A stretch of 64,000 nt of DNA from a virus. The stretch's first letter is position 1. The number at the start of each line of letters is the position of its first letter. Position numbers and translations under genes: made by a program. This document shows, piece after piece, positions 29,423 through 39,215 of the stretch. The stretch covers positions 32,001 to 96,000 of the IMG/VR virus record IMGVR_UViG_3300033442_000004; one strand, written 5' to 3'. Below the pieces are notes generated by a model. The model was not told where the DNA came from. It did no database searches and saw only the letters and a list, made by a program, of their open reading frames with translations.

Positions 29423-29901
29423 TCATCGAAGCCATCATCCTCGGCGTCGCTCTCTACGCCGGCCTCTCCTCGATCGGCGACGCCATCGACAATGTCGCGG
29501 TCGGCATCGAGCAGGCCTCGCTCAACCAGATGGCGTTCTTCCAGGACGACGAAGACGACGAGGAGGGCAAGTGATGCCGTTCCCGCTGTCCATCTTCCTG
29601 TTCAGCTACGTGATCTGGCAGGCCTCGATCGAGCGCGCCTTCACGTTCAACCCGGTCGAGCTGCGCCCGTGACGATCACCCTCAATTCCTGGGCCATCCC
29701 GGTCTTCTTGACCGCGCTGCTCTGGCTCGCCGTCCAGCTCTGGCCGGTCTCCGAGAACAACGGCGGCTTCGGCTTCAGCCAGGCCTTCGACTATCTGCTC
29801 CACGCCGTTGTCGGCATCATCGCCACGCTGGTGATCTGGCTCGTTTATTTCGCCACGCGCTTCGCCATCGGCTGAGCCGGCGCGCACCAAAAGCCACGCC
29901 A

Positions 29902-30408
29902 ATGAAACTGCTGCAACTCGCCCTCGCGGGCGTGCTGATGCTGTGCGCCTTGTCGCCAGCGTCGGCCAAGGACGTGCCGGTCCAGTTCGAGTCGGGCCAC
30001 AACGTCACGTTCATCACGGATGATCCCGGCGGGGTCATCGTCGAGTTCGTCAAGAAATACTCCGACATGCGCGACGCCAGGACCAAGGTCATCCTGTCCG
30101 GTGAGTGCGTCTCGGCCTGCACCCTGATGCTCGGCCTGCTGCGGCCGGAGCTGGTGTGCGCAACGCCGGATGCCGTCCTCGGCTTCCACTCGGCGTCCGT
30201 CATCACGAGGGAAGAGGGCAAGCCCGACATCGTCGAGCACGGCTCCGAAATGTCGCTGCTGGTGTTCAACACCTATCCCGCGAAGGTGCGGGCGTTCCTT
30301 GCCGCTCGCGGCTGGAGCGGCGCGAACGCGCACCCGGACATCATCTGGGTGAAGGGAAGGCAGCTCCGGAAGATGATCCGGCCTTGCACCGCGGCGGACC
30401 TGTCATGA
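29902..30408 (+). CDS. Secreted ClpP/crotonase-like protein
   Basis: Signal peptide; DDPGG, GECVSACT, LGFH motifs. Confidence 0.65.
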   Translation: MKLLQLALAGVLMLCALSPASAKDVPVQFESGHNVTFITDDPGGVIVEFVKKYSDMRDARTKVILSGECVSACTLMLGLLRPELVCATPDAVLGFHSASVITREEGKPDIVEHGSEMSLLVFNTYPAKVRAFLAARGWSGANAHPDIIWVKGRQLRKMIRPCTAADLS

Positions 30409-30758
30409 CGCGGCGCCGGCTACCCGATCGGCGCAAACTGCCGTCCAAGATCATGATCGGCATCTTCGTTTACACGCTGGTGCATTGGGACGCGGCCGAG
30501 GCTGAGGAGCAGGAATGCCTGGGCCTCTGCAATCGACTGAACTTCATCATCTACGTGCGTGACGACCTTCCGGACTCGAGCTTCGCCGAAGTGCTGGAGC
30601 ACGAGATCAATCACGCCTGCTGGCACGCTGCTTCGCTGAAGAGCCGAGCCGCAGAAGAGACGGTCGTGAACCGGCTGACGCCGATCATGATCATGGCTCG
30701 CCGGGACAATCCAGAAATCTACGCCTGGATCGACCGGGCGATCGCCCAGAAAGAATAG
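30405..30758 (+). CDS. Putative Zn metallopeptidase
   Basis: GLC...EVLEHEINHA (HEXXH) ...EE. Confidence 0.65.
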   Translation: MTRRRLPDRRKLPSKIMIGIFVYTLVHWDAAEAEEQECLGLCNRLNFIIYVRDDLPDSSFAEVLEHEINHACWHAASLKSRAAEETVVNRLTPIMIMARRDNPEIYAWIDRAIAQKE

Positions 30759-30760
30759 CC

Positions 30761-31024
30761 ATGCTCAACGCCATGGTCGCGTCATCGAAGACGCATGCCG
30801 CAGCCATGATCCGTTGGCTCGGCCTCAAGCCTGAGGAGTGGGAGCCGATCGCCTATGGCGATCCGATCCACAAGATGTTCGCCAACGTGCGCCTCGTGCG
30901 CCCGAGCGAAGGCGTCGAACAGGCTCACACCGACTGGGTGCTGGAGAAGCTCGTTCCATACATCTGCATGACCTGCACGACGGTGCCGCTGAACTGGCGC
31001 ATCCCGCAGGAACACGTCAGCTAA
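30761..31024 (+). CDS. Hypothetical phage protein
   Basis: ORF, codon bias. Confidence 0.6.
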   Translation: MLNAMVASSKTHAAAMIRWLGLKPEEWEPIAYGDPIHKMFANVRLVRPSEGVEQAHTDWVLEKLVPYICMTCTTVPLNWRIPQEHVS

Positions 31025-31041
31025 AAACAAGAAAGAAAAAA

Positions 31042-33315
31042 ATGACGCGACGGATATCGCGCCCGCTCTGGGCCGCGATGCGGCTCCATGAGCACAATCA
31101 AAAGCGACGTGCCGAGCTTCTCGGTGGCGTCAGTCCTCTTCCCTTCATGGGGCCTGTTGCCCTCTCAAAGGCAGCGGCCGGCGCCGCCGACGCCTGGTGC
31201 TGGTTCCACGAGCCTCGTGCTCTGTCCGTGAACGGAAAGACGTTCTTCGGCACGAACGGTTCGGACGACAACTCGGTCCTCACCGGTCGCACCACGCTTT
31301 ACGAGGTCGACGAAGCGAGCGGCTCCGTCATCAGCAAGGTCATGCAGACCAGTACGATCGCGGCCTGGTGGGCCGACGACCACGACTATCCGACGATCGT
31401 TGTGCGTCCCGACGGACGACTGATCGTGTTCTATTTCCCGCACCGCGTGGCCGCGCCGATTTATTTCCGCATCTCGGTTGGCGTCGGCACGATGGCGCAG
31501 GGCTGGTCGCAGGAATACAATCTCGGCAATACGTCCGCGCAAGCGACGTATCCGTCGCCGGTGATCCTGTCTGGCGAGAGCAACAAGCTCTATCTGTTCT
31601 ACCGCAACGGCGCGAGTTCTGGTCCGTTGTCGCTGGTGACCTCATCCGACATTGCTACAGTCGCGCCTCCGACCGTGGATGGAGGTCCGATTGGAGCTGC
31701 GCCGACGTGGGCCGCTGAAAGGCGCCTGGCGCAGAGTACCGGCACCCAGGGCATCTACCACAAGGTCACCTCGAACAACGTCGATCGCATCGATCTCCTG
31801 ATGACCGACGCGGTCGGCCCGCAAGCAGGCACGAAGACCGACGTCCGCCATGCCTACTATCAGGGTGGCCAGTGGCGCTCTTCGAGCGGAACGGCGCTCG
31901 GCGACGGTTCGACCATGATCGGCTTCACGAACTTCACGCCTGTCGCAACGTCAGGCGCTCCGGACAATCTCGGCGATATGTGGTGCTCCCACATTCAGCG
32001 CCGGCAGAACGGCATCATCGAAGCCGTCTTCTGGAGGTTCGTCTCGACGAGCGACCACCGTTGTTACTACGCACGCTGGAATGGCACCGCCTGGTCGAAG
32101 GTGGAAGTGGATGCCGGCCAAGGAATGGGAGTTCCGGACTCCCGCGGCGGGCAAATAACGGACGGCCAGGGCCTCACTGAAGGCTACTACAGTCCGGGTT
32201 CTTTCTTCGACACCGTCGAGGAAGGGGTTCTTTACATCTCGGTCGGCAACTCCGCCAACTCGCAGCTCTTCAGGTATCGCACCATCAATGGCGGCGCCTC
32301 GTGGACCCGCCAGCGGGTAAGCGATCTCACGCAGGAAAACGTGCGCCCGGTTGTGCCTGTCGGACGCGGCAGCAAGTACTCCGTACTGTGGTTGAAGGGC
32401 GACTACCACATGTACGACTTCAACACGAACCCCGCGACGACCAACATCGGCTACACGACGCGCGTCAATGCCGCGTCGCGAGCCTACTCGGTCGCCAGCG
32501 TGAAGCCGTCTAACATCTCGGTGCCGACGATCTCCGGATCGACGGGGACGGTGGGCAACACCCTTCAGGTCGCGCTCGGATCGTGGGTCGGCGACCTTCC
32601 GATGAAATACCCCGTTCAGTGGGTGAGGGGCGGGGTCGATATCCCGGGGGCGAACTCGGTTGGATATACGATCCAGGCCGCTGATGTCGGACGAACCGAC
32701 ATCGTCTGTCGGGTAACCGCGACGAACGCTCAAGGATCGACCCCGGTCCTGTCGACGCCGGCATCGGTCCTGCCGACCAACCTGGTTTCGAAGTCTGACG
32801 CGCTGGGTAGCTGGACGCTGAATGCGACGACGCAGTCGCCGAACGTCACGCTCGATCCCGTCAACAACACGATGACGGCCGATCGGATCGTCGAGCAGGC
32901 CTCGACCAACATCCACAGCGTGGCGTCGGCGAACATCAGCTTCGTCTCGGGAACGACCTACACGTTCTCGGTCTACGGAAAGTACGAGACGGCGCAGTTC
33001 GTTCAGCTGCTGTTCGGCAGCACGGCATTCGGCAGCACCGCGTACGCAAACTTCGACCTCCAGAACGGAACGGTACAGACCGTTGGCGCAGGTGTCACTG
33101 CCAGGGCCGTCCCCGCCGGCAACGGCTGGTATCGGCTGATCATCACGGCGCCGGCAACGGCGACCGCTGCGGCTGCTGTCGGCATCTACGGTTGCACGGC
33201 CGGCAACTCGGCTCGCGCGCAGAGCTACCTCGGCGCTGTCGCGAACACGCGGCTGCTGACCGACATCCAGGTCGAGACCGGCGTCAACGCCAACGCCTAC
33301 GTTCCGACGCTGTAA
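31042..33315 (+). CDS. Virion spike/receptor-binding protein: BNR beta-propeller + Ig-like + carbohydrate-binding domain
   Basis: WCWF..PRA, DDHDYP, TYP, YRT.NGG.SW (Asp-box), PTISG..VG.TL, C-terminal GNGWYR. Confidence 0.75.
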   Translation: MTRRISRPLWAAMRLHEHNQKRRAELLGGVSPLPFMGPVALSKAAAGAADAWCWFHEPRALSVNGKTFFGTNGSDDNSVLTGRTTLYEVDEASGSVISKVMQTSTIAAWWADDHDYPTIVVRPDGRLIVFYFPHRVAAPIYFRISVGVGTMAQGWSQEYNLGNTSAQATYPSPVILSGESNKLYLFYRNGASSGPLSLVTSSDIATVAPPTVDGGPIGAAPTWAAERRLAQSTGTQGIYHKVTSNNVDRIDLLMTDAVGPQAGTKTDVRHAYYQGGQWRSSSGTALGDGSTMIGFTNFTPVATSGAPDNLGDMWCSHIQRRQNGIIEAVFWRFVSTSDHRCYYARWNGTAWSKVEVDAGQGMGVPDSRGGQITDGQGLTEGYYSPGSFFDTVEEGVLYISVGNSANSQLFRYRTINGGASWTRQRVSDLTQENVRPVVPVGRGSKYSVLWLKGDYHMYDFNTNPATTNIGYTTRVNAASRAYSVASVKPSNISVPTISGSTGTVGNTLQVALGSWVGDLPMKYPVQWVRGGVDIPGANSVGYTIQAADVGRTDIVCRVTATNAQGSTPVLSTPASVLPTNLVSKSDALGSWTLNATTQSPNVTLDPVNNTMTADRIVEQASTNIHSVASANISFVSGTTYTFSVYGKYETAQFVQLLFGSTAFGSTAYANFDLQNGTVQTVGAGVTARAVPAGNGWYRLIITAPATATAAAAVGIYGCTAGNSARAQSYLGAVANTRLLTDIQVETGVNANAYVPTL

Positions 33316-33530
33316 TCACCATCCCCGGAGCACAGAACAGGGAGCAGGGACAATGAGCCCTGACCGACTGCTCGGCCCGGCCTGCGGCGGGGGGTTCTCC
33401 TCCTTTACCCCGCCGCGCCCGATGACAAATCAGCTCAGCTGCAAAACATCGGGCACTTTCTCTTTACGTTCTCTTGCGGAAAAAAGTTGCCCGTTTTTGG
33501 AAACACTTTTCCGGACATGAGACGTTCCAC

Positions 33531-33706
33531 GAACAGGTGGCGTACCGCACCGGCAACGGTGTCGGCTCTAACGGGTAAGCCAGTAGCCCCGTAGTCCTCG
33601 TAATTCTTCAAAGCGGCCTCTGAGGAGGAACGGCTGATCCCCGTCAACGCGATGCAGTTGAGGCATAGGCTCGTCGACTTCTGGATTGGACGCGCCCCAC
33701 CTGTTT
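33531..33706 (+). ncRNA. Candidate structured RNA module A
   Basis: Closing stem AACAGGTGG/CCACCTGTT; CACCG-GCAA-CGGTG hairpin; no credible ORF. Confidence 0.5.
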
Positions 33707-33862
33707 GGCTCGTGATGGCACGCGGCGGCGTTATAGCGCACAGCCTATCGGCGAAGAGGTCCATGGTAAGTCGCCGACGACCGTTTGAGATCAGCGTGAT
33801 GCAGATCGAGGTCGAAAGGATCCGAGTCGTCGTCCTGCGGGATGGCGACGGTCACGAGCCAA
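33705..33862 (+). ncRNA. Candidate structured RNA module B
   Basis: Perfect 11-bp closing stem TTGGCTCGTGA/TCACGAGCCAA enclosing four hairpins. Confidence 0.55.
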
Positions 33863-33874
33863 CTATTATACCCC

Positions 33875-33971
33875 CAAGAGCGGTGACGCGACATGCGTCC
33901 AGCGCAGGAACTGCGCGATGGCGATGGTGCCCGACGAGCCCTGTAATCCGACACGAGGTGCGCCGCTCTTG
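33875..33971 (+). ncRNA. Candidate structured RNA module C
   Basis: 11-bp closing stem CAAGAGCGGTG/CGCCGCTCTTG with two internal hairpins. Confidence 0.5.
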
Positions 33972-34268
33972 TTTATCTTTCCCCCACGGTGGGCTCACCA
34001 GTTCTGCTCGCAGTAGTCTGGACCCCGTAAGCCGAACTGCAGGCCGTGGATAGGTCGATCGCGCGATCGGCCTTTTGGTTGCTGGTAACCTCCAACCCCG
34101 CAAGGGGCGGTGGCCCGAAGTGCGGGTCGAACAAAGCCAGAGCTTTTCCTCGGTGCCAGCCGATCGTCACCTGATGACATAGGGGTGGCTGGTTAAATGG
34201 GGCCATGTGCCAAGCCGAGCGCTCGCTGTTGCGAGCACAGCCCGCCACCGTCTGTTGTGGCGGGCACC

Positions 34269-34643
34269 AATGGAGCCCCAGGATCGTTGCTCACGACAAG
34301 CGCCCGCACTGACCATGCGCGCGTGTGACGCTCCCCTGGGCCACCCGGATCACAGATGGTCTCGTGATCTCGCGGGAGGGTGGGCGCTGTCGAGGAGCAG
34401 CAGGCAAGGCCTGGCGAAGGCCATCCTCTTCAATTCGGTCGAGGGCGGAACGGCCTCCCGCCACGCCGCTGATCCTGAGAAGCACGTAGGGAAGGCGGCA
34501 AAGTACGAGCAATCGGAAGAGATGCGGGCACATGGGCAACCCGCCGACCGAACCAAAAGCCGCAAGGCGCACGCCATCCCCAAGATAGGCGTCCCGACGA
34601 CTGGGCAATCCGTCGCGTGAAGAAATCGGGTAGGGGCTCCATT
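34269..34643 (+). ncRNA. Candidate large ornate RNA (~375 nt)
   Basis: 11-bp closing stem, two multibranch domains, predicted GACCAT/ATGGTC pseudoknot; abuts tRNA-Trp. Confidence 0.6.
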
Positions 34644-34647
34644 CTGC

Positions 34648-34720
34648 ATCGGTGAGCCAGTGGTGGTGGCACGGTCTCCAAAACCGAAGTCCGCTGGTTC
34701 GACTCCAGCCACCGATGCCA
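34648..34720 (+). tRNA. tRNA-Trp(CCA), non-canonical (no U8, 4-bp anticodon stem)
   Basis: Acceptor ATCGGTG/CACCGAT + G + CCA; loop CTCCAAA; T-arm GCTGG-TTCGACT-CCAGC. Confidence 0.8.
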
Positions 34721-34736
34721 ACCACTTTTAGAAGCT

Positions 34737-35165
34737 ATGTCGCAGAAGAAGGCCGATCAGCTCGGCATGCCGATCGGTACGGCGTCCAATCGACTGGTCA
34801 AAGACATCCTATTCTCATTGATCATTGAGACCGGGAAGAACTGCTGCTTTCACTGCTCGATGCCAATGACGCGGGAAGACTTCTCGATCGAGCACAAGAC
34901 GCCATGGCTCGATAGCGAAGACCCGAAGCAGATGTTCTTCGACCTGAACAACATCAGCTTCAGCCATCACAGCTGCAACGTCTCATTGGCGCGGAAGAAA
35001 CGGTCGCCATGCGGCTCGCTCGCGAAATATCGGAACGGCTGCCGCTGCGACGAGTGCAAGGCCGCATCTGCGGAATACGAGCGAAGCCGAAACCAGAATT
35101 ACAAGCGCCGCGGCAAACCGTGGCGTCCCAACGCACGCCCGGAGTTCGTGGCCGAAGAGGCCTGA
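34737..35165 (+). CDS. HNH-like endonuclease with C-terminal Zn finger
   Basis: CFHC...SIEHK...NISFSHHSCN; YRNGCRCDEC. Confidence 0.75.
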   Translation: MSQKKADQLGMPIGTASNRLVKDILFSLIIETGKNCCFHCSMPMTREDFSIEHKTPWLDSEDPKQMFFDLNNISFSHHSCNVSLARKKRSPCGSLAKYRNGCRCDECKAASAEYERSRNQNYKRRGKPWRPNARPEFVAEEA

Positions 35166-35197
35166 GCCACCGGTGCCAACAACAAAAAGAAGAAACG

Positions 35198-37255
35198 ATG
35201 AGCACGTCGCGCTATCGCGTTATTTCCCTCAGCGGGATCACCATCGGCACGGATTTCTACGATGTGAACTCGATCGTCACCCTCACGCCCGGGGGCGCGA
35301 AGTACTTCCTACTGAACAAGCAGATCGCGCTGGCCGATGGTCAGCCGCCGGTCGGCGTTCCGGGCGGTCCGAGCGAAGACGACGTCAAGATCGAGATCTA
35401 CATCAACAACATCGGCAAGACGGTTTCGCTCACCCAGCTGCGGGACATGTTCCCGAGCTTCAAGGGTGATCCCGGCGAGCAGGGCCTTCGTGGACCCGCT
35501 GGAGCGCAAGGCGCGCGAGGACCGCAGGGCGACGTCGGCCGCGGCATCCGGCTCGCCGGCATCGTCGCTACCGTGTTCGATCTTCCGCCGGCCGCCGCCG
35601 AAGGCAATGACGTCTATCTTGCCCAGGACACCGGACACGGCTGGGCCTGGACGAATGGCGCCTGGATTGACATCGGCCCGTTCCGAGGTCCGGAAGGCAA
35701 GACTGGTCCGGCAGGCCCGAAGGGTGAGGCTGGTCCGCAGGGGCCAGCAGGCGAGCAAGGGCCTCCGGGCGACCCTGGCGATCCATCGCTGGCTCAGCTG
35801 ACCGCAGCCAACGCGGCAAGCTCGACGGCCTCCGCGGCCACGGCCTCGGACGCAGCGGACAGGGCGCTGGCCTCGGAGAATGCGGCTGCAGCTCACAAAC
35901 AGGACGCCAGCGACAGCGCCACAGCGGCAGCTGCCAGCGAAGCGTCTGCGCTCACGAGCAAGATAGCGGCAGAGCAGGCGGCATCGACCGCCACCACCGT
36001 GGTGGCCAGCGCATCGGATTCTGCTGCTGCGGCGGCGACGTCCAAGACGAACGCGGCGACCAGCGAGAGCAATGCGGCTGCCAGCGCGACTACCGCGACC
36101 AATAAAGCGGCTGCCGCTGCAACAAGCGAGCAGTCGGCTGCGACTCATGCCACCGCTGCCGGCACGTCTGAGACCAATGCGGCCAACAACGCGACCGCCG
36201 CATCCAATTCGGCTACGGCTGCAGCGTTGTCGGAAAGCAATGCCGCGACGAGCAAGTCGGCAGCGGCTACGTCCGCTTCGAATGCATCAACCTATGCAGA
36301 CAATGCGCAGGCAAGCTACACGAATGCGCTGAACGCCTACAACAACCTCAGGGGCACGTATTACGGCGCTCAGGCGACCGATCCTGCGACCGATCCTCTT
36401 GGCGCGGCCAAGGGTTCTGGTGACTTCTACTTCAACACCACGTCGCTGACCATGCGGTACTGGAACGGTACCGTGTGGGTCGACTTTCTGTTGCCTGGTG
36501 CTATCGGACAATGCAAGCTGACCATGGTCAGCTCGACATCGCTCAAGCTGATCCCGTTCAACGGCAACCTGATCAAGATCAATGGTCAGCTGTACCAGAT
36601 CCCTGCGGCCGGCATCACGCTGACCAACTCGGGATTTGCGGCTAACACGCTGTACTACATCTACATCAAGATCGTTGGCAGCACCCTGACGCTGCAGCAG
36701 AGCCTGACGGGGCACATCACCAGCTCTTCCGCCGGCAGTGTCGGCGTCGAGGTGATGAATACCGCTGGCGGCGAAGTGTACACGCTCGTCGGCATGGTTT
36801 TTACTGGCGCATCGAGCCAGTTCTTCGACCAGCCCGACACGCGCTGGGTCCGGTCCTGGTTCAATGAGACGGGCGTTATCTTGGCGAGGTACTCGTCGAC
36901 CACGGTGGCGACGACATCAGGCACGCCGATCGAGCTGGATTCGGCAGTCCGATGCTTTGCGTTGCTGTGGGCGAATGAGCAGTTCCATCAGACGATCTCG
37001 TGTTCGTGTTTCAATAACACGCTCGGGTCGCTGACGTATCTGATCGCTGGCTGGGGCAACAGCTTCGGCACCTACTATGGACTGCAGCAGTACATGCATC
37101 AGGACACGGTCTCATACGCGCGCTCGATGAGCAATTCCTGGACGCTCCAGAACGCTACCGATCAGGCAGTGATCATCTCGATGTGGGGTCAGGTTGGGTC
37201 CGGGACGGGCTCCTATGCCTACAAATCTAACTCCATCATGACGGTGCGCCGATGA
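35198..37255 (+). CDS. Collagen-repeat and Ala-rich tail/head fibre protein
   Basis: GXY repeats, SA(T)NAA heptad-like stalk, GDFYFNT. Confidence 0.8.
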   Translation: MSTSRYRVISLSGITIGTDFYDVNSIVTLTPGGAKYFLLNKQIALADGQPPVGVPGGPSEDDVKIEIYINNIGKTVSLTQLRDMFPSFKGDPGEQGLRGPAGAQGARGPQGDVGRGIRLAGIVATVFDLPPAAAEGNDVYLAQDTGHGWAWTNGAWIDIGPFRGPEGKTGPAGPKGEAGPQGPAGEQGPPGDPGDPSLAQLTAANAASSTASAATASDAADRALASENAAAAHKQDASDSATAAAASEASALTSKIAAEQAASTATTVVASASDSAAAAATSKTNAATSESNAAASATTATNKAAAAATSEQSAATHATAAGTSETNAANNATAASNSATAAALSESNAATSKSAAATSASNASTYADNAQASYTNALNAYNNLRGTYYGAQATDPATDPLGAAKGSGDFYFNTTSLTMRYWNGTVWVDFLLPGAIGQCKLTMVSSTSLKLIPFNGNLIKINGQLYQIPAAGITLTNSGFAANTLYYIYIKIVGSTLTLQQSLTGHITSSSAGSVGVEVMNTAGGEVYTLVGMVFTGASSQFFDQPDTRWVRSWFNETGVILARYSSTTVATTSGTPIELDSAVRCFALLWANEQFHQTISCSCFNNTLGSLTYLIAGWGNSFGTYYGLQQYMHQDTVSYARSMSNSWTLQNATDQAVIISMWGQVGSGTGSYAYKSNSIMTVRR

Positions 37256-37632
37256 CGTCTCTTGCAGCAGCTTTGTCTGAGCTTCGCCCCGGAGCCCAAT
37301 GGGTACTCCGCGGCGATACCCTCGCCGAACTCGAATGGCTCGATACAGAGCAGGCCGTGCCGACGCAGGCGGAGGTGGATGCCTACCTTGCGACGCCAGT
37401 CGTGCCGCAGTTGGTGACGCCTCGGCAGATCCGGCTGGCGCTCTACCAGATCGGCTTGCGCCAGCAAGTCGAAGACTACGTCAACAGTCAGGACATCACC
37501 GTCCAGGATAGCTGGAACTATGCCACCCAGATCGAGCGGACCAATCCGCTCATCCTGGCCTGCAAGTTCGCTCTCGGAAAAACCGATGAGGAGTTGGACC
37601 AGCTCTTCATCCTGGCCGCGTCCATCGTCTGA
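37252..37632 (+). CDS. Fibre-associated assembly protein
   Basis: Directly after the fibre gene; C-terminus similar to 57804..58379. Confidence 0.65.
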   Translation: MTSLAAALSELRPGAQWVLRGDTLAELEWLDTEQAVPTQAEVDAYLATPVVPQLVTPRQIRLALYQIGLRQQVEDYVNSQDITVQDSWNYATQIERTNPLILACKFALGKTDEELDQLFILAASIV

Positions 37633-37654
37633 GACCGCACAACGCACACCAACC

Positions 37655-37680
37655 AGGCCGTCCTTCGGGGCGGCCTTTTC
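37655..37680 (+). terminator. Rho-independent terminator
   Basis: GGCCGTCC-TTCG-GGGCGGCC-TTTT. Confidence 0.7.
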
Positions 37681-37696
37681 CGTTTCAAGGACCGCA

Positions 37697-38113
37697 ATGC
37701 TGTTCTCAATCATCATGGGCATCTTGCCCAAGTTCGGGACCTCGTTCCTCGACTGGCTGAACAAGAAGACCGACGCAGACCTTGAGAAATTCAAGACCGC
37801 GGTCGGCGGCGACGTCCAGCTGAATGTCGCCGAGCTGCGCTACAAGGTCGAGGTCGCCCGCATGGCGGCCGACATGCGCAAGGACGATCGGGAGCACTGG
37901 TTCACCGCCTGGATGGTGCCGGTCGCCTTCGCCGTCCTGTTCTTTCACGTTGCGGCAGTCGTCTTCGACTCGATCCCGCTGCTCGGCCATGAGGTCGGCA
38001 GCTGGAAGATTGCCGCGCTCCCCGCGCCCTACAACACCATGCAGGAACAAATCGTCCTGACGATCTGCGGTGTGGCGGGCATCTCCTCACTCAAGAAGAT
38101 CTTCTCCCGATGA
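37697..38113 (+). CDS. Putative holin-like membrane protein
   Basis: Amphipathic N-terminus, two hydrophobic segments, basic C-terminus. Confidence 0.5.
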   Translation: MLFSIIMGILPKFGTSFLDWLNKKTDADLEKFKTAVGGDVQLNVAELRYKVEVARMAADMRKDDREHWFTAWMVPVAFAVLFFHVAAVVFDSIPLLGHEVGSWKIAALPAPYNTMQEQIVLTICGVAGISSLKKIFSR

Positions 38114-38439
38114 AATCCGTTACCGACAGCTCGTTCCCCGCCGACGTTCTCCAAGCCGAGGGGCCGGTAGTCATCAAGTTCGAGGCACGCTGGTGCCAGC
38201 CGTGCAAGGCGATGACGCCGACGCTGGACGCGATCGAGAAGGAGCTGGCCGGCAAGGTCACCTTCGTCAAGGCCGATGTCGAGCACTGCGTGGCCGCCAC
38301 CCAGCGCTTCAAGGTCGGCCAGGTGCCGGCGCTCGTCGCCGTCGAGGACGGCATCGTCACATCAATGAAGACGGGAGCTGCGCCGAAGCAGGAGATCCTG
38401 AAGTGGGTCGACCTGGCTTTCCCCGGCCTGCGAGACTGA
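38110..38439 (+). CDS. Thioredoxin
   Basis: F.ARWCQPCK, VPAL. Confidence 0.9.
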   Translation: MKSVTDSSFPADVLQAEGPVVIKFEARWCQPCKAMTPTLDAIEKELAGKVTFVKADVEHCVAATQRFKVGQVPALVAVEDGIVTSMKTGAAPKQEILKWVDLAFPGLRD

Positions 38440-38651
38440 TGGGCTACCGGTTCGATCTGCAGAACCGCGTCGCTGTCCACGACCACGGCTTCGTCGTCCC
38501 GATCACCGACTTCTACGACAAGTTCGGCGACTACACAGAGGACCCGGAGGAGGCTGTCGTGATCGGTTTGGTCATGCCACCGGATGGCCTGTACGTCACT
38601 CTCGATCTGCGTGACATGGACGAAGACGACATCGTCACGACGCCCCAATAA
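38439..38651 (+). CDS. Small acidic hypothetical protein
   Basis: TGATG overlap; ITDFYDKFGDYTEDPEEA. Confidence 0.6.
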   Translation: MGYRFDLQNRVAVHDHGFVVPITDFYDKFGDYTEDPEEAVVIGLVMPPDGLYVTLDLRDMDEDDIVTTPQ

Positions 38652-38666
38652 CAAGAAGAAAAGCAC

Positions 38667-39209
38667 ATGACTGACACGCCGCGTCGTCGGGGTCGCCCGA
38701 CGAAGGAGGAAGCTGCTGCGCGCAAGGCCGCTGCAGAGGCTGCCGCCAAGAAGGAAGGCGAGGAGACTGCCTTCCTCGACGAGGTGCTTGCCGAGCCGAT
38801 CAAGCGCCGCAACACCAAGCTCCAGCCGGACGAAGTGACGCTCCGAACGCTCGGCGAGCTGGGCAAGCTGTTCTGCACCCAGGAAGAAGCCGCCGCCGTG
38901 TTGGGCGTCTGCAAGAAGACCTTCTCGACCTTCCTCGGCGAATATCCCGAAGCTCGTGAGGTTTGGGACGACGGCCTGATGCACGCGAAGGTCTCGCTCC
39001 GCCGCAAGCAGTTGGCACTCGCCGACAAGAACGCGCCCGCCGCGATCTTCCTGGGCAAGAACTACCTCGGCCAGAAGGACGAGAACACCACCAACCTCAA
39101 CGTCACCAAGCCGGCCAACGAGATGACCGAGGACCAGCTCCTCGAGATCGCGGGCCAGGCCGCATCACCGCGGCAGCCGCCGGCAAAGAAGTCAGACACC
39201 GTTCACTGA
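38667..39209 (+). CDS. Terminase small subunit (putative)
   Basis: RRGRPT, HTH CTQEEAAAVLGVC, SLRRKQ, AAIFLGKNYLGQKD. Confidence 0.8.
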   Translation: MTDTPRRRGRPTKEEAAARKAAAEAAAKKEGEETAFLDEVLAEPIKRRNTKLQPDEVTLRTLGELGKLFCTQEEAAAVLGVCKKTFSTFLGEYPEAREVWDDGLMHAKVSLRRKQLALADKNAPAAIFLGKNYLGQKDENTTNLNVTKPANEMTEDQLLEIAGQAASPRQPPAKKSDTVH

Positions 39210-39215
39210 GGCAAC

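Noticed and set aside
34140-34220. Hammerhead, pistol or HDV ribozyme (CTGATGA, GTTAAAT, TTCCTCG words)
   Set aside because: Could not assemble the complete conserved core and pairings for any class
34269-34643. RNase P RNA or group I/II intron identity for the large RNA
   Set aside because: GAGGAAAGUCC and intron core motifs not found by eye; no interrupted gene
33435-34725. Overlapping 60-145 aa ORFs in the ncRNA region
   Set aside because: No RBS, no phage GC3 bias, no recognisable motifs
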